From a virus (Duplodnaviria > Caudoviricetes): 31,921 nucleotides of DNA. Below, one piece after another: positions 1-7,937 of this stretch; position 1 is the stretch's first letter, and every line of letters begins with the position of its first letter. The position numbers were made by a program, and so were the translations under genes. Under the pieces are notes generated by a model. The model did not search any database and was not told where the DNA came from. It was given only the letters and a program-made list of their open reading frames with translations. The stretch lies in IMG/VR virus record IMGVR_UViG_3300012017_001163, positions 1 through 31,921 of that record. The stretch is one strand, 5' to 3'.

Positions 1-578
1 ATAACAGGCATACAAGGACCAAGTTCTTTGAAAAAAGTGTAGAGCATATCGTACTCTGAGGGAAACTGCTTGTATTTAAATGTCCATTCGTCTCCAGTTC
101 TTGCGAAATATGAATTTATTTTTTTGTAAATACTGGCTTGTTGCTCAGAAGTAAGAGGATCAAGACCAAGAACTATTATCTTATTCTTGTCAGTGGCAAT
201 CCCTATAGAAAGAACCCGATTTCTTGCGTTTTCTGTATCTAAGGCTGCTGCCATATCCTCTGTTATTTCAACCTCGATATCGACAAAATATTTTCTGGGT
301 GTTTGATATTCCCAAAGTGGCTTAGTTAATTCTTCAGGAGAATCTATAAGTATTTGGGCCATTCTATACTTATTGTATTTCTGGGTCTTAGTTTTTTTTA
401 CTGCTTCCCCCATCCAATTGGTCCATTCTTTATCCCTTTTTGGATCATGTGGACTGCACTTCTCCCAGATAAATCTATCCTCCTCTTTAATTGGAACTTC
501 CATAAAAGCTAATTCCCCCTCTTCATTAAAGTGTGATACCTTTAAATAACTACCTTTATTTTCTATGTCTATGATCAT
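1..578 (-). CDS. Family B DNA polymerase, N-terminal/3'-5' exonuclease region (partial, runs off left edge; absent from ORF track)
   Basis: Manual translation from ATG at 578 is open to the window edge: MIIDIENKGSYLKVSHF...RKYFVDIEVE (ExoI DxE)...RVLSIG...FPSEYDMLYTFF...PCMPV, the usual PolB lead-in to the ExoII (ITGWN) motif. T4 gp43-like. Confidence 0.8.
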   Translation of the reverse strand, partial: MIIDIENKGSYLKVSHFNEEGELAFMEVPIKEEDRFIWEKCSPHDPKRDKEWTNWMGEAVKKTKTQKYNKYRMAQILIDSPEELTKPLWEYQTPRKYFVDIEVEITEDMAAALDTENARNRVLSIGIATDKNKIIVLGLDPLTSEQQASIYKKINSYFARTGDEWTFKYKQFPSEYDMLYTFFKELGPCMPV

Positions 579-649
579 TTAAAAAGAGATTTTCTTATTT
601 GTTCTATCCATCTATCTTTCTTATGTTCCAGGTGAATATATACTATTAG

Positions 650-952
650 ATGAAAAATTTAAAAAATTTCGACAATTTCATATTTGAATGGCTAGATTCT
701 CCAGGAAGCGTTGATGTACCCGGACAAAGCACGGAGATTAGAGTAAATTCTAGAAATTACACTTCAGCAAATCCACAAATGCCTGAGATTATCGATGCAA
801 TGTATGAGACAGCAGAGGTAAATATTTTTTTAGATAACGAAGGAAAATCTGAAAACTTTAACAAGTTTCTTAGTAAAAAGAAAAGAACGGGAACAGAGGT
901 AACCGATTATATCAAGGAATCTTTTAGGGAGAAAGCAAAATCTAAAAAATGA
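650..952 (+). CDS. Hypothetical protein with capsid-targeting-like leader (MKNLKNFDNFIFE)
   Basis: 100-aa ORF preceded by AATATATA (635-642); overlaps next gene by ATGA. Confidence 0.75.
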   Translation: MKNLKNFDNFIFEWLDSPGSVDVPGQSTEIRVNSRNYTSANPQMPEIIDAMYETAEVNIFLDNEGKSENFNKFLSKKKRTGTEVTDYIKESFREKAKSKK

Positions 953-1401
953 GGCATCTTGTATTATTCGAAAATTACCAATCTACTGAATTAGATCTAG
1001 ATCCAAAGATCAGAGAAGAATATATTAAGAAATTAGAGGATCTGGTAAGCTTTCCTGATCTTTACCAGAACGATTTTGAAACATGGATGGCAGTTATAGA
1101 CGATGTGTCATATAAATATTTGGATGCAGAAGATATGTCTATCTCCAAACAAGAATATAATAACTTTCTAAAAGAATATAAAATGGTAAGGAATGCTAAT
1201 TCTAGCCAATTTCTTTTAGATGGGTTTCTTATCGGTATAAGCGGGGAGGTACCGGATACAGATTATGAGGATCTAAACGAAAAACCAATAGAATGGTGGT
1301 TAAAAGAGTTATCAGTATTTCCTAAAGAAATTGCTTATATGGCTAAATCTGTATGGGATAATATTAACATCTTTCCTATAGAATTTATCAGAATTAAATA
1401 A
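949..1401 (+). CDS. Acidic hypothetical protein with leader MRHLVLFENY
   Basis: 150-aa ORF translationally coupled to 650..952. Confidence 0.75.
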   Translation: MRHLVLFENYQSTELDLDPKIREEYIKKLEDLVSFPDLYQNDFETWMAVIDDVSYKYLDAEDMSISKQEYNNFLKEYKMVRNANSSQFLLDGFLIGISGEVPDTDYEDLNEKPIEWWLKELSVFPKEIAYMAKSVWDNINIFPIEFIRIK

Positions 1402-1432
1402 TATTCATGATGATATTTTCATACCAAATTTC

Positions 1433-2047
1433 TTATCCGATTTGCGTATCCGGTTGAAATACAATACTTATAGTTAAAGAACCATATTCTTCGATAGAAG
1501 GGCAAGGTATTATTATAGAAAATGAGGGAATATCTTTATCTGATTTTCCGTCTAAAGTTTTTATTACTTTATCTATTCCTCCTTTTAAGGCTTCTTTAAA
1601 TTTATCTATTCTTCTAATTTTTGTTCCTCCTCCCCATTCTTTTTTATTTTTAGCAGCAAAATCAGCTGGAATAATATAATCAAATGTTAAAATACCACTA
1701 TTGACTTTAAGATTTTTAAAATCCGGACTCATTTTTGCTTTGTCTAGGTCTAAAGTTAATCCTTTCAAAAGAGATAGATTTAAACTAGCAGAAAGGGTTT
1801 CTCCTATCTCATAACTTCCCTCGTCGGAAAGCATAAATTCTATTGAATCTGCTTCTATAAAAATATCTTTTGCTCTATACTTATCATCTATTCCGATAAC
1901 GCTTTTCTCTGATTCATCATTAATTGTAAAAGTCTTTTGTAAAGACGGTTTTATTCTTCCGTCGACTGCAAGGATTTTTTCAATATCTACAAATTCATTG
2001 AAAGCTTCTCCGATAAATTGTTCAAATAATTTAATATGTTTTTTCAT
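1433..2047 (-). CDS. Hypothetical protein with leader MKKHIKLFEQFIGE (putative internal head protein)
   Basis: 204-aa ORF; leader is the closest match to T4 internal-protein CTS (MKTYQEFIAE); GATATATA upstream. Confidence 0.75.
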   Translation of the reverse strand: MKKHIKLFEQFIGEAFNEFVDIEKILAVDGRIKPSLQKTFTINDESEKSVIGIDDKYRAKDIFIEADSIEFMLSDEGSYEIGETLSASLNLSLLKGLTLDLDKAKMSPDFKNLKVNSGILTFDYIIPADFAAKNKKEWGGGTKIRRIDKFKEALKGGIDKVIKTLDGKSDKDIPSFSIIIPCPSIEEYGSLTISIVFQPDTQIG

Positions 2048-2074
2048 TTTATAGTTTTTAAATTTAATTTATCT

Positions 2075-2082
2075 TATATATC
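2075..2082 (-). promoter_or_regulatory. GATATATA motif, putative phage late promoter
   Basis: Exact 8-mer on the coding strand 27 nt upstream of ATG 2047; recurs upstream of at least six other genes. Confidence 0.55.
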
Positions 2083-2118
2083 AAAAAAAAAAACATATTC
2101 ATAGTTTAATTGATTCTC

Positions 2119-2517
2119 TCAAACCTGTTGGGTTCCCAAGTAACTTATTAATTTTTTATCGGTTGGGATAACAGATAGATCGCACTCTATAAAAATATTC
2201 CATGAATCTACCCCATATTTACCAATCCCTGGTAACTGACCTACATGTTCAAATCCATCAACCCATTTCTGACTTAACTTTATTATCCGGGATGCTTTTA
2301 CATTCTGAAATCCGGTTGTTTTTATGACCGCTGCCAGCCTTTCCGGATCACACCCAATAGTAGATACGGGATTTGGAATAAGTTCAAATACGGAGCTTAA
2401 AATAGGTCTAACTTGTTTATTATTAGTTTGATTTAAAAGAATACAGCAAACAAGCATTTTCCACGGGGAATTAATGTACTCCTCTTGTATAAGAATCTCT
2501 CTTCCTTTAATTTCCAT
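2119..2517 (-). CDS. MBD4-like HhH-GPD DNA glycosylase (minimal catalytic domain)
   Basis: LIQE...PWKMLVCCILLNQT, HhH motif LPGIGKYGVDSWNIF and PTDKKL (catalytic Asp), matching the MBD4 glycosylase pattern. The likely start is ATG 2517 (MEIKG), not the GTG at 2568. Confidence 0.8.
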   Translation of the reverse strand: MEIKGREILIQEEYINSPWKMLVCCILLNQTNNKQVRPILSSVFELIPNPVSTIGCDPERLAAVIKTTGFQNVKASRIIKLSQKWVDGFEHVGQLPGIGKYGVDSWNIFIECDLSVIPTDKKLISYLGTQQV

Positions 2518-2666
2518 ATTATAAAGATAATGAATCAATGCGTATATTAAAAATAAAAGCGCACGCACGTATAAAATATTTTTTTAAAAATTTTTAGTGT
2601 TTTTATTTTTTTCCCCGAGTTACTGTTCTACATTTACCTTATAAATCAATTAAAAAAATAGAAATT

Positions 2667-3140
2667 ATGAAAACAGAAAACAAGTTTAGCAAAGTAACAG
2701 GATTGGTAATCGCTCTTACTTTTTTCTTCAACACTTCATATGCAAACGGAGGTAACGGGGATAAAATCAAATCAGTTCAAGACAGCATCGAATCTGGATT
2801 CGAAAAAGCATACGGTTCTGACATTAAGCTAGATGCAACTTTGAAAAACGGTTGCTACAACTATCTGAAAGAATTCCGAACCGGTACGTCCCAAGGATTT
2901 GTACAGAATCAAGGACACATCTCAACCGTATTGAATGCTTCTAATATTACAGGTAATGCAATCAAGGGGGTAGACCTAATCGACACCTACGGATATGAAT
3001 TCTTCGTAGAACGAGCATTAAACACTCTTACTACCAGTGAGTTTAAATCATATTTCAACCGATACGGAAGTCCTAAGAAATTCTGGGTAGAACAGATCGA
3101 AGAAAACGGGGTATACTACGTGGTTATCTCTTTTGACTAA
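2667..3140 (+). CDS. Secreted/periplasmic hypothetical protein
   Basis: Sec-type signal: basic N-terminus, hydrophobic VTGLVIALTFFF, SYA cleavage site; isolated plus-strand gene followed by a terminator. Confidence 0.75.
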   Translation: MKTENKFSKVTGLVIALTFFFNTSYANGGNGDKIKSVQDSIESGFEKAYGSDIKLDATLKNGCYNYLKEFRTGTSQGFVQNQGHISTVLNASNITGNAIKGVDLIDTYGYEFFVERALNTLTTSEFKSYFNRYGSPKKFWVEQIEENGVYYVVISFD

Positions 3141-3157
3141 TAAAAAACAAACATCAC

Positions 3158-3188
3158 AAAAAAGGAGGTCCTAGGACCTCCTTTTTTT
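3158..3188. terminator. Bidirectional intrinsic terminator
   Basis: Perfect 30-bp palindrome AAAAAAGGAGGTC-CTAG-GACCTCCTTTTTT (3158-3187) between convergent genes, with U-tracts in both directions. Confidence 0.9.
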
Positions 3189-3201
3189 ATGTGCTATTGT
3201 T

Positions 3202-4467
3202 TTATGCATTGTCTATATCTAAATAAGCATAGAAGCTAAGAGTAATTTGATATAATCTGTATTGGTCTGCCTTTATAGTTTTATTCTGTGCAACATACTG
3301 AATCACGTCAGAAGCTGGTTCTACTGCACTTAGAGTACCAGTTACATTTAACGTAACTTTTCTCCAAGTTTTAAGATCTTCAGTACTTTCTAAAGGCTGG
3401 ATGTTAGTTTCTTTAGAAGCTGTGATAGATGCTCCTGGGATCAATGTTTTAAGAAATTCAACTACCGAACCAGCTCTATCTAAACAAAGCTTCTTATTGA
3501 AAGCCTCGTCGCCTTCTTTAGAAGCACCACCAACTACTTCTACTGAGGTAACTGAGGTAAAGTTAGTTTGAATAGCGTTGAAGATGTTTCTTTTACCATC
3601 CTCTAGCAATTCAGATTTAGCTTTTACGAATAAAGTTCCGTTATCTTGGATATCTACAGCTTTTTCTGTTGTTCCCCCACCTTTCTTAATTGTAATAGGA
3701 ACAATTTCACTTACTGATACGCTACCTCCCTTACCTTTCTGCACATCTTGAACTCCATAAAGAGTTAATTTTACTCTTAAAGCATCATCTGAGGAGTACG
3801 AGAGGCTTGGGTCAGCAAAACCAGATAATGGCCTAATCGTGTTTGCTTCGGTATTTTTTTTCCATTCGAGCTTAGAATCACCATTGGTTATATAAATCTG
3901 ATTATCACTATCAGCGTTAGGTGTAGCTGTGCCCTTCTTTCCCAGACGGACAAAATCTAAGTCAGCTCCTTCTTTTTTCTGTGTCCAATATTTTTTATCC
4001 TTTCTTGCTTCGGTATTATATAGATTTATTCCTGTAAGAATTCCCTCTAATGGTACTTTATTATCGGTAACCGCCACGGTTTTAACTGAAGTAGCAGGAA
4101 CCTCGTCGCAGAATACTTGACCAGCTACTACGTTGTTAATAATCACTCGGTCAATACAGATTTCTGTGTCTGCTACATTAAGTTCCATTTTCTTATTCTC
4201 CAAAGAAACATTTAGCATATTTCCAAGAGCATCACCTAAAGCTTTAACTACTTCTTCTGAAACTCCTTCAGCCATTTTCTCAATTGCAGCTATTTGGGTT
4301 GTTGTAATGGCTTTAATGTTAGATTTAAATTCCGACTCCTCGGCAACTGTTGAGGCTTTAATGTATTGGGATAAAATCTCTTTAGCCTGACTAAAGCTAT
4401 ATCCCTCGTTAATCATTCTTGCAGACTCTATCAGGAAATCAGCAAATGTTAATACTGGTCTTTTCAT
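3202..4467 (-). CDS. Protein with C-terminal OmpA-C-like (peptidoglycan-binding) domain and capsid-targeting-like leader
   Basis: LFVKAKSELL...VEVVGGASKEGDEAFNKKLCLDRAGSVVEFL...WRKV matches OmpA_C-like N-x2-L-x3-RA-x2-V-x2-[FY]-L; N-terminus MKRPVLTFADFLIESARMINE; no signal peptide. Confidence 0.75.
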   Translation of the reverse strand: MKRPVLTFADFLIESARMINEGYSFSQAKEILSQYIKASTVAEESEFKSNIKAITTTQIAAIEKMAEGVSEEVVKALGDALGNMLNVSLENKKMELNVADTEICIDRVIINNVVAGQVFCDEVPATSVKTVAVTDNKVPLEGILTGINLYNTEARKDKKYWTQKKEGADLDFVRLGKKGTATPNADSDNQIYITNGDSKLEWKKNTEANTIRPLSGFADPSLSYSSDDALRVKLTLYGVQDVQKGKGGSVSVSEIVPITIKKGGGTTEKAVDIQDNGTLFVKAKSELLEDGKRNIFNAIQTNFTSVTSVEVVGGASKEGDEAFNKKLCLDRAGSVVEFLKTLIPGASITASKETNIQPLESTEDLKTWRKVTLNVTGTLSAVEPASDVIQYVAQNKTIKADQYRLYQITLSFYAYLDIDNA

Positions 4468-4499
4468 AATGGTAGTTTTTATTTTATTTTTAAAATTGT

Positions 4500-4511
4500 T
4501 ATTTATATATC
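4500..4511 (-). promoter_or_regulatory. GATATATAAATA, putative late promoter (contains T4 late consensus TATAAATA)
   Basis: Reverse complement of tatttatatatc upstream of ATG 4467. Confidence 0.6.
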
Positions 4512-4545
4512 ACCAAAGAATATGAAAATCTACGTGTTTAACGAA

Positions 4546-4926
4546 TTAGGTGATTTGTATTTTTTTTGATCCTTTTTTTGATCTTTCCGGAATTTTTATT
4601 TCCAATACCCCGTTTTTCATTTCAGCTGAGGCTCCATCAGTATTAAATTTTTCAGATATTAGGTATGTCTTTATATCTTCGACATTCCAATTATTCGATC
4701 TGTTTATTTCTAGAGTCAGTTTATTGGCTTCAAAAGAAACAGAGATATCTTCTCTGGCCAAACCAGGTAAAGAAAATTCAATATTAAGCTTTCCGTCTTT
4801 TATTTCAGACTTGTGGGTATCATTAGATAACCCAGATTTAGCTGATACAACGCTATCCAAAAAGGAATCACTCAAGGTAGATGATAGGATAGTGGGAAAC
4901 ATGTTTCTAAATTCTTTTGTGTTCAT
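4546..4926 (-). CDS. Small heat-shock protein (Hsp20/alpha-crystallin)
   Basis: IEFSLPGLAREDISVSFEANKLTL...ASAEMKNGVLEIKIP, the canonical Hsp20 motifs. Confidence 0.92.
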   Translation of the reverse strand: MNTKEFRNMFPTILSSTLSDSFLDSVVSAKSGLSNDTHKSEIKDGKLNIEFSLPGLAREDISVSFEANKLTLEINRSNNWNVEDIKTYLISEKFNTDGASAEMKNGVLEIKIPERSKKGSKKIQIT

Positions 4927-4973
4927 AATATGTTTTATTTTTTACTTATTTTAGTACAAAAACAGTTCCATAT

Positions 4974-5000
4974 AAAAAAAGAAGACTAAATGTCTTCTTT
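4974..5000 (-). terminator. Intrinsic terminator after 5045..5515
   Basis: AAAGAAGAC-taaat-GTCTTCTTT hairpin with an adjacent A-run, which reads as a U-tract on the minus strand. Confidence 0.6.
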
Positions 5001-5044
5001 CCCTATATTTATTATAATACTAATTGCCAAAATAGTAAGCCGAT

Positions 5045-5515
5045 TTATTTTTTTCTACTTTTTATAAAATCTATATAAGAAATAAGATTTTTACCTTTTT
5101 TACCTTTCTTACGTGCAGCTGCAGTTCCTGCATTTAATGTGGTAAATTTATCACCACTTCCGGTTTTGTTTAAATCATTAAAACCAGCATTTGTTCCATC
5201 ATTGGAAGGTGTGCTTGGATTACCCATACCTGGGACATTTCCTAATGTTGCAAGACCTGGAGCGGGAGCGGAGGTAGGAGCTGGTGCAGCATCCATATCT
5301 TCCATTATTTTTTCCTCGTTACATCCCATTTCTTTAAGATATTCTTTAAGCTGCCATTTTTCAACGCAGTAGTTTTTTTCATTTAACCATTTTCCCATGC
5401 ACTCTGTCATGCAAGACTCATTGCACTTATTAAGGGTTTCGTTAATTTCTTTTTTCTCGTCCTCCATGCAGACTAGACATCTTCCTTTAGTTGTATTTCC
5501 AGTTGGATAAAACAT
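5045..5515 (-). CDS. Hypothetical low-complexity protein (Cys/Met/Glu-rich N-half, Pro/Gly/Ala linker, basic C-terminus)
   Basis: 156-aa ORF in a tightly packed minus-strand run; multiple x-N-E sites; C-terminal KNLISYIDFIK. Confidence 0.7.
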   Translation of the reverse strand: MFYPTGNTTKGRCLVCMEDEKKEINETLNKCNESCMTECMGKWLNEKNYCVEKWQLKEYLKEMGCNEEKIMEDMDAAPAPTSAPAPGLATLGNVPGMGNPSTPSNDGTNAGFNDLNKTGSGDKFTTLNAGTAAARKKGKKGKNLISYIDFIKSRKK

Positions 5516-5519
5516 AAAT

Positions 5520-5750
5520 TTAATCTAATATTTTTTTTATATTATGGGGAAATATTCTAACTATGTTACCCCCTTTATTTTTTGTTATATAACCTATAAT
5601 ATCATTGTATATATCGTATATGGGACCTTGAACTAAAAGTTCCCTATCTAAATTATCAAGAATCCATTTATTGTCTATCTGGCTGACCTCTTTTGCTCCT
5701 TTTCTTGAATTTAATGATTCTGCAACGCTATATCCTCCGCAATCACACAT
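5520..5750 (-). CDS. Hypothetical protein
   Basis: 76-aa ORF fills the gap between neighbours; AATATATA upstream (5765-5772). Confidence 0.65.
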   Translation of the reverse strand: MCDCGGYSVAESLNSRKGAKEVSQIDNKWILDNLDRELLVQGPIYDIYNDIIGYITKNKGGNIVRIFPHNIKKILD

Positions 5751-5770
5751 ATCTATTATTTTATTATATA

Positions 5771-6184
5771 TTATCTATAATCTTTCCTATCTTCTTTCCT
5801 TTTAAGGTACTGCCATAAATAGTTTAACCCTTTCTTATAATCTGCTATGTTCTTAAAAGGCTCCACAAATTTCTTGATGTCGTTTCCGCTTCCCTCTGGT
5901 GTTTCTTTAGATCTTATAGGATTATATCTTCTAACTGTTCCTGTCGGGTGAATTGTATAAAAAACATCCCCGTGGCCTTTCTCCCTTTGTTTGTTCTCTG
6001 TCCTAATAAACTTCATAGAGTTATTCAGCTCCTGCTGGTGTGATGTTTCCTCTTCAAATCCCAGATCCATGATTCTTTTATATTCTATTGATTTTCTTAT
6101 CCTATCCAAATTAATGGCTCTACGAGAATCTAATTTATACTCGTCCGATGGATCATATTCCTCAAAGATTACAACATGTTTCAC
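5771..6184 (-). CDS. Hypothetical protein with leader MKHVVIFEEY
   Basis: 137-aa ORF with GTG start directly after the GATATATAAATA motif. Confidence 0.7.
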   Translation of the reverse strand: MKHVVIFEEYDPSDEYKLDSRRAINLDRIRKSIEYKRIMDLGFEEETSHQQELNNSMKFIRTENKQREKGHGDVFYTIHPTGTVRRYNPIRSKETPEGSGNDIKKFVEPFKNIADYKKGLNYLWQYLKRKEDRKDYR

Positions 6185-6196
6185 TATTTATATATC
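6185..6196 (-). promoter_or_regulatory. GATATATAAATA, putative late promoter
   Basis: Same 12-mer as at 4500-4511; abuts the GTG start at 6184. Confidence 0.5.
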
Positions 6197-6216
6197 CTGA
6201 TTTTATTATCCTATTT

Positions 6217-6600
6217 TTAAGATTGTTTTGTGTTTATCCAGTCCCGATAATCCTTAAGATTTTGGAGGTTACCCTTTCCTCTTTTTTTTTGTTTAGCATC
6301 AGGATCAAGGAAAGGAATTATCTTTCCTGGTCCCTTCGGGTGAAACTGTGGTATTTTATCAGACCCAACCGGTTCTAAACTAACTGAAAGATTACCAATG
6401 ATATCCTCATCAATATGATGTGGTAAATTTTTATGCTTTGTTGAAGCATATTTTTCAAGCTCAGCTTTAGTCATTTCTTTAGCAAGTTTTAAAATATTAG
6501 CTCGGTATTTAGGATTTAGATCTTCTGGTTCCATTGCACCTATCTTTATAGCATAGGCCTGACCCATTAATCGTTGTTGTGCTGTACTAACTGCTGGCAT
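6217..6600 (-). CDS. DUF3008-like protein with C-terminal extension
   Basis: MPAVSTAQQRLMGQAYAIKIG...MTKAELEKYASTKHKNLP follows the DUF3008 pattern (MPAxSxAQQ...ASTKxKxLP). Confidence 0.75.
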   Translation of the reverse strand: MPAVSTAQQRLMGQAYAIKIGAMEPEDLNPKYRANILKLAKEMTKAELEKYASTKHKNLPHHIDEDIIGNLSVSLEPVGSDKIPQFHPKGPGKIIPFLDPDAKQKKRGKGNLQNLKDYRDWINTKQS

Positions 6601-6626
6601 ATTTTTATGATTTATTTCTGAACTTA

Positions 6627-7409
6627 TTACCTATTGATGCTTCCTCCAGTGGGTTTTTTATGTCTATTTTTATAATTTCTCTCGTAATCATATAAAACTT
6701 TTGGATTAGCTTTAAGATAAGCTATTTCTTTTCTTGTTTTTGGTAGAAGCTTATTAGATAAATCATTTAAGCTATTAGATAAAGAAACAGTAAATTGTGG
6801 GGTATTCCTGTATGTTGAAAAATAATCTATAAATCCAAGTAACTTTGCTGGATGTTCCGCATTGTCTTTTGATATGCTAGGGTCCGCAAACTTTCTCGTT
6901 ACTATAAAAGTTCCATAGCCTTCCCTACTGCCATCTATAGGATTTGCATTACCTTCTATTCCTGTCCATTCTTTTTTTTGTTTATCCACCGATAAAATTA
7001 TTCCAGTGTGTCCGTTTCCTGGATAGCCCCCCGTTTTTTTATCCTTACTAAGGTAGCAAAAAATCATTCCTGGTAAAACAGAGTTTATATCCAAATTTGG
7101 TTTATTAATCACTTTTTTTCCTTTTGTGGTATTCCATTGATTTTGAACTGAGCCTGTCTTAGCAATTTTATTTTTTATTTCCTGAGAAAATAGTGTTTTT
7201 GATAAAACACCATATATGAAAGCTGCACACCACGGATCGCCTGGATTTATATTAACTCCCCCCTGTAAGACTTCAACATTTGGTCCTTTATTGCTACCTC
7301 TAGGGGATTCCTCAGCATTGGTATCCGAGATTGCCTTTTTAAAGCTATCAATTACAGATTGATTGGTATTTTCAAATAAATATTGGCTAAAAGTTAATAT
7401 TTTTCCCAT
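6627..7409 (-). CDS. CHAP/NlpC-P60-like peptidoglycan amidase with capsid-targeting-like leader
   Basis: E-x-P-x-GSN, PWCAAF (catalytic Cys), GHTGII (His), IEGN; N-terminus MGKILTFSQYLFE. Confidence 0.85.
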   Translation of the reverse strand: MGKILTFSQYLFENTNQSVIDSFKKAISDTNAEESPRGSNKGPNVEVLQGGVNINPGDPWCAAFIYGVLSKTLFSQEIKNKIAKTGSVQNQWNTTKGKKVINKPNLDINSVLPGMIFCYLSKDKKTGGYPGNGHTGIILSVDKQKKEWTGIEGNANPIDGSREGYGTFIVTRKFADPSISKDNAEHPAKLLGFIDYFSTYRNTPQFTVSLSNSLNDLSNKLLPKTRKEIAYLKANPKVLYDYERNYKNRHKKPTGGSINR

Positions 7410-7430
7410 TATACAAATTATGTTTAATTG

Positions 7431-7438
7431 TATATATC
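7431..7438 (-). promoter_or_regulatory. GATATATA motif, putative late promoter
   Basis: Exact 8-mer 21 nt upstream of ATG 7409. Confidence 0.55.
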
Positions 7439-7470
7439 AAAAAAAAAGACCTATTTTAAATATAGGTCTC
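7439..7470 (-). terminator. Intrinsic terminator overlapping the stop codon of 7451..7702
   Basis: AGACCTAT-tttaaat-ATAGGTCT stem with a 9-A run (U-tract on the minus strand). Confidence 0.55.
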
Positions 7471-7702
7471 TTTGTTTTTTATCCCATTGTTTCTGGGTAA
7501 TTTGTTTTGAAGCAATATCCCAATTGGTATCGGGATCTATGATCTTCTTTTTTCCTTTCTGCCAGTCTGCAAACGTCCAAATAAATCTATTATACCCTTT
7601 ACCTACAATTTTAAATCCGGTATCCCCGGGTTGTATGGCAACTGGTGATTGCGGTGGAGCATAAAAACTGGTTTCAGCGGAATTAGAGGAGCTGCTCTTC
7701 AT
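7451..7702 (-). CDS. Hypothetical protein
   Basis: Probable start ATG 7702 (MKSSSSNSAE...), overlapping the end of the upstream gene; the longer 7795 start would overlap that gene extensively. Confidence 0.6.
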   Translation of the reverse strand: MKSSSSNSAETSFYAPPQSPVAIQPGDTGFKIVGKGYNRFIWTFADWQKGKKKIIDPDTNWDIASKQITQKQWDKKQRDLYLK

Positions 7703-7919
7703 ATTTGTCTTTGTTGTATATAACGGCTTCGATTTTTGTTTTTGTAACCTGAAAAGATTCGTAGCCTCCAACGGTACCGTCCATATACTCTGCAACTTTT
7801 TTTTCTACTTCGATGACAGAGTCACCAGCAACTAGAAATTCTGCTTTTTTATAAACCGGATCTCCGTTTTTTTTTACCTCTCCTGATTCGAATTTTGTTT
7901 TAACTACCCAATAGCTCAT
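7683..7919 (-). CDS. DUF4494-like small protein (Bacteroidota-type)
   Basis: W-x2-K-x-K-F...KKNGD...EFLVAGDSVIEVEKKVAEYM...VTKTKIEAVI resembles the DUF4494 N-terminal pattern. Confidence 0.6.
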   Translation of the reverse strand: MSYWVVKTKFESGEVKKNGDPVYKKAEFLVAGDSVIEVEKKVAEYMDGTVGGYESFQVTKTKIEAVIYNKDKYEEQLL

Positions 7920-7937
7920 TTATTAATGTTTTAGTGA

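Noticed and set aside
2518-2568. GTG-initiated hydrophobic N-terminal extension (apparent signal peptide) on the glycosylase
   Set aside because: Probably translated AT-rich intergenic DNA; the domain begins just after ATG 2517.
3158-3187. 30-bp perfect palindrome as an origin or recombination site
   Set aside because: Fully explained as a bidirectional terminator between convergent genes.
3929-7664. Plus-strand ORFs 3929, 4133, 4550, 5139, 5991, 6148 and 7428
   Set aside because: Antisense shadows of well-supported minus-strand genes; Ser/Phe/Ile/Leu-rich composition typical of reverse-complement frames.
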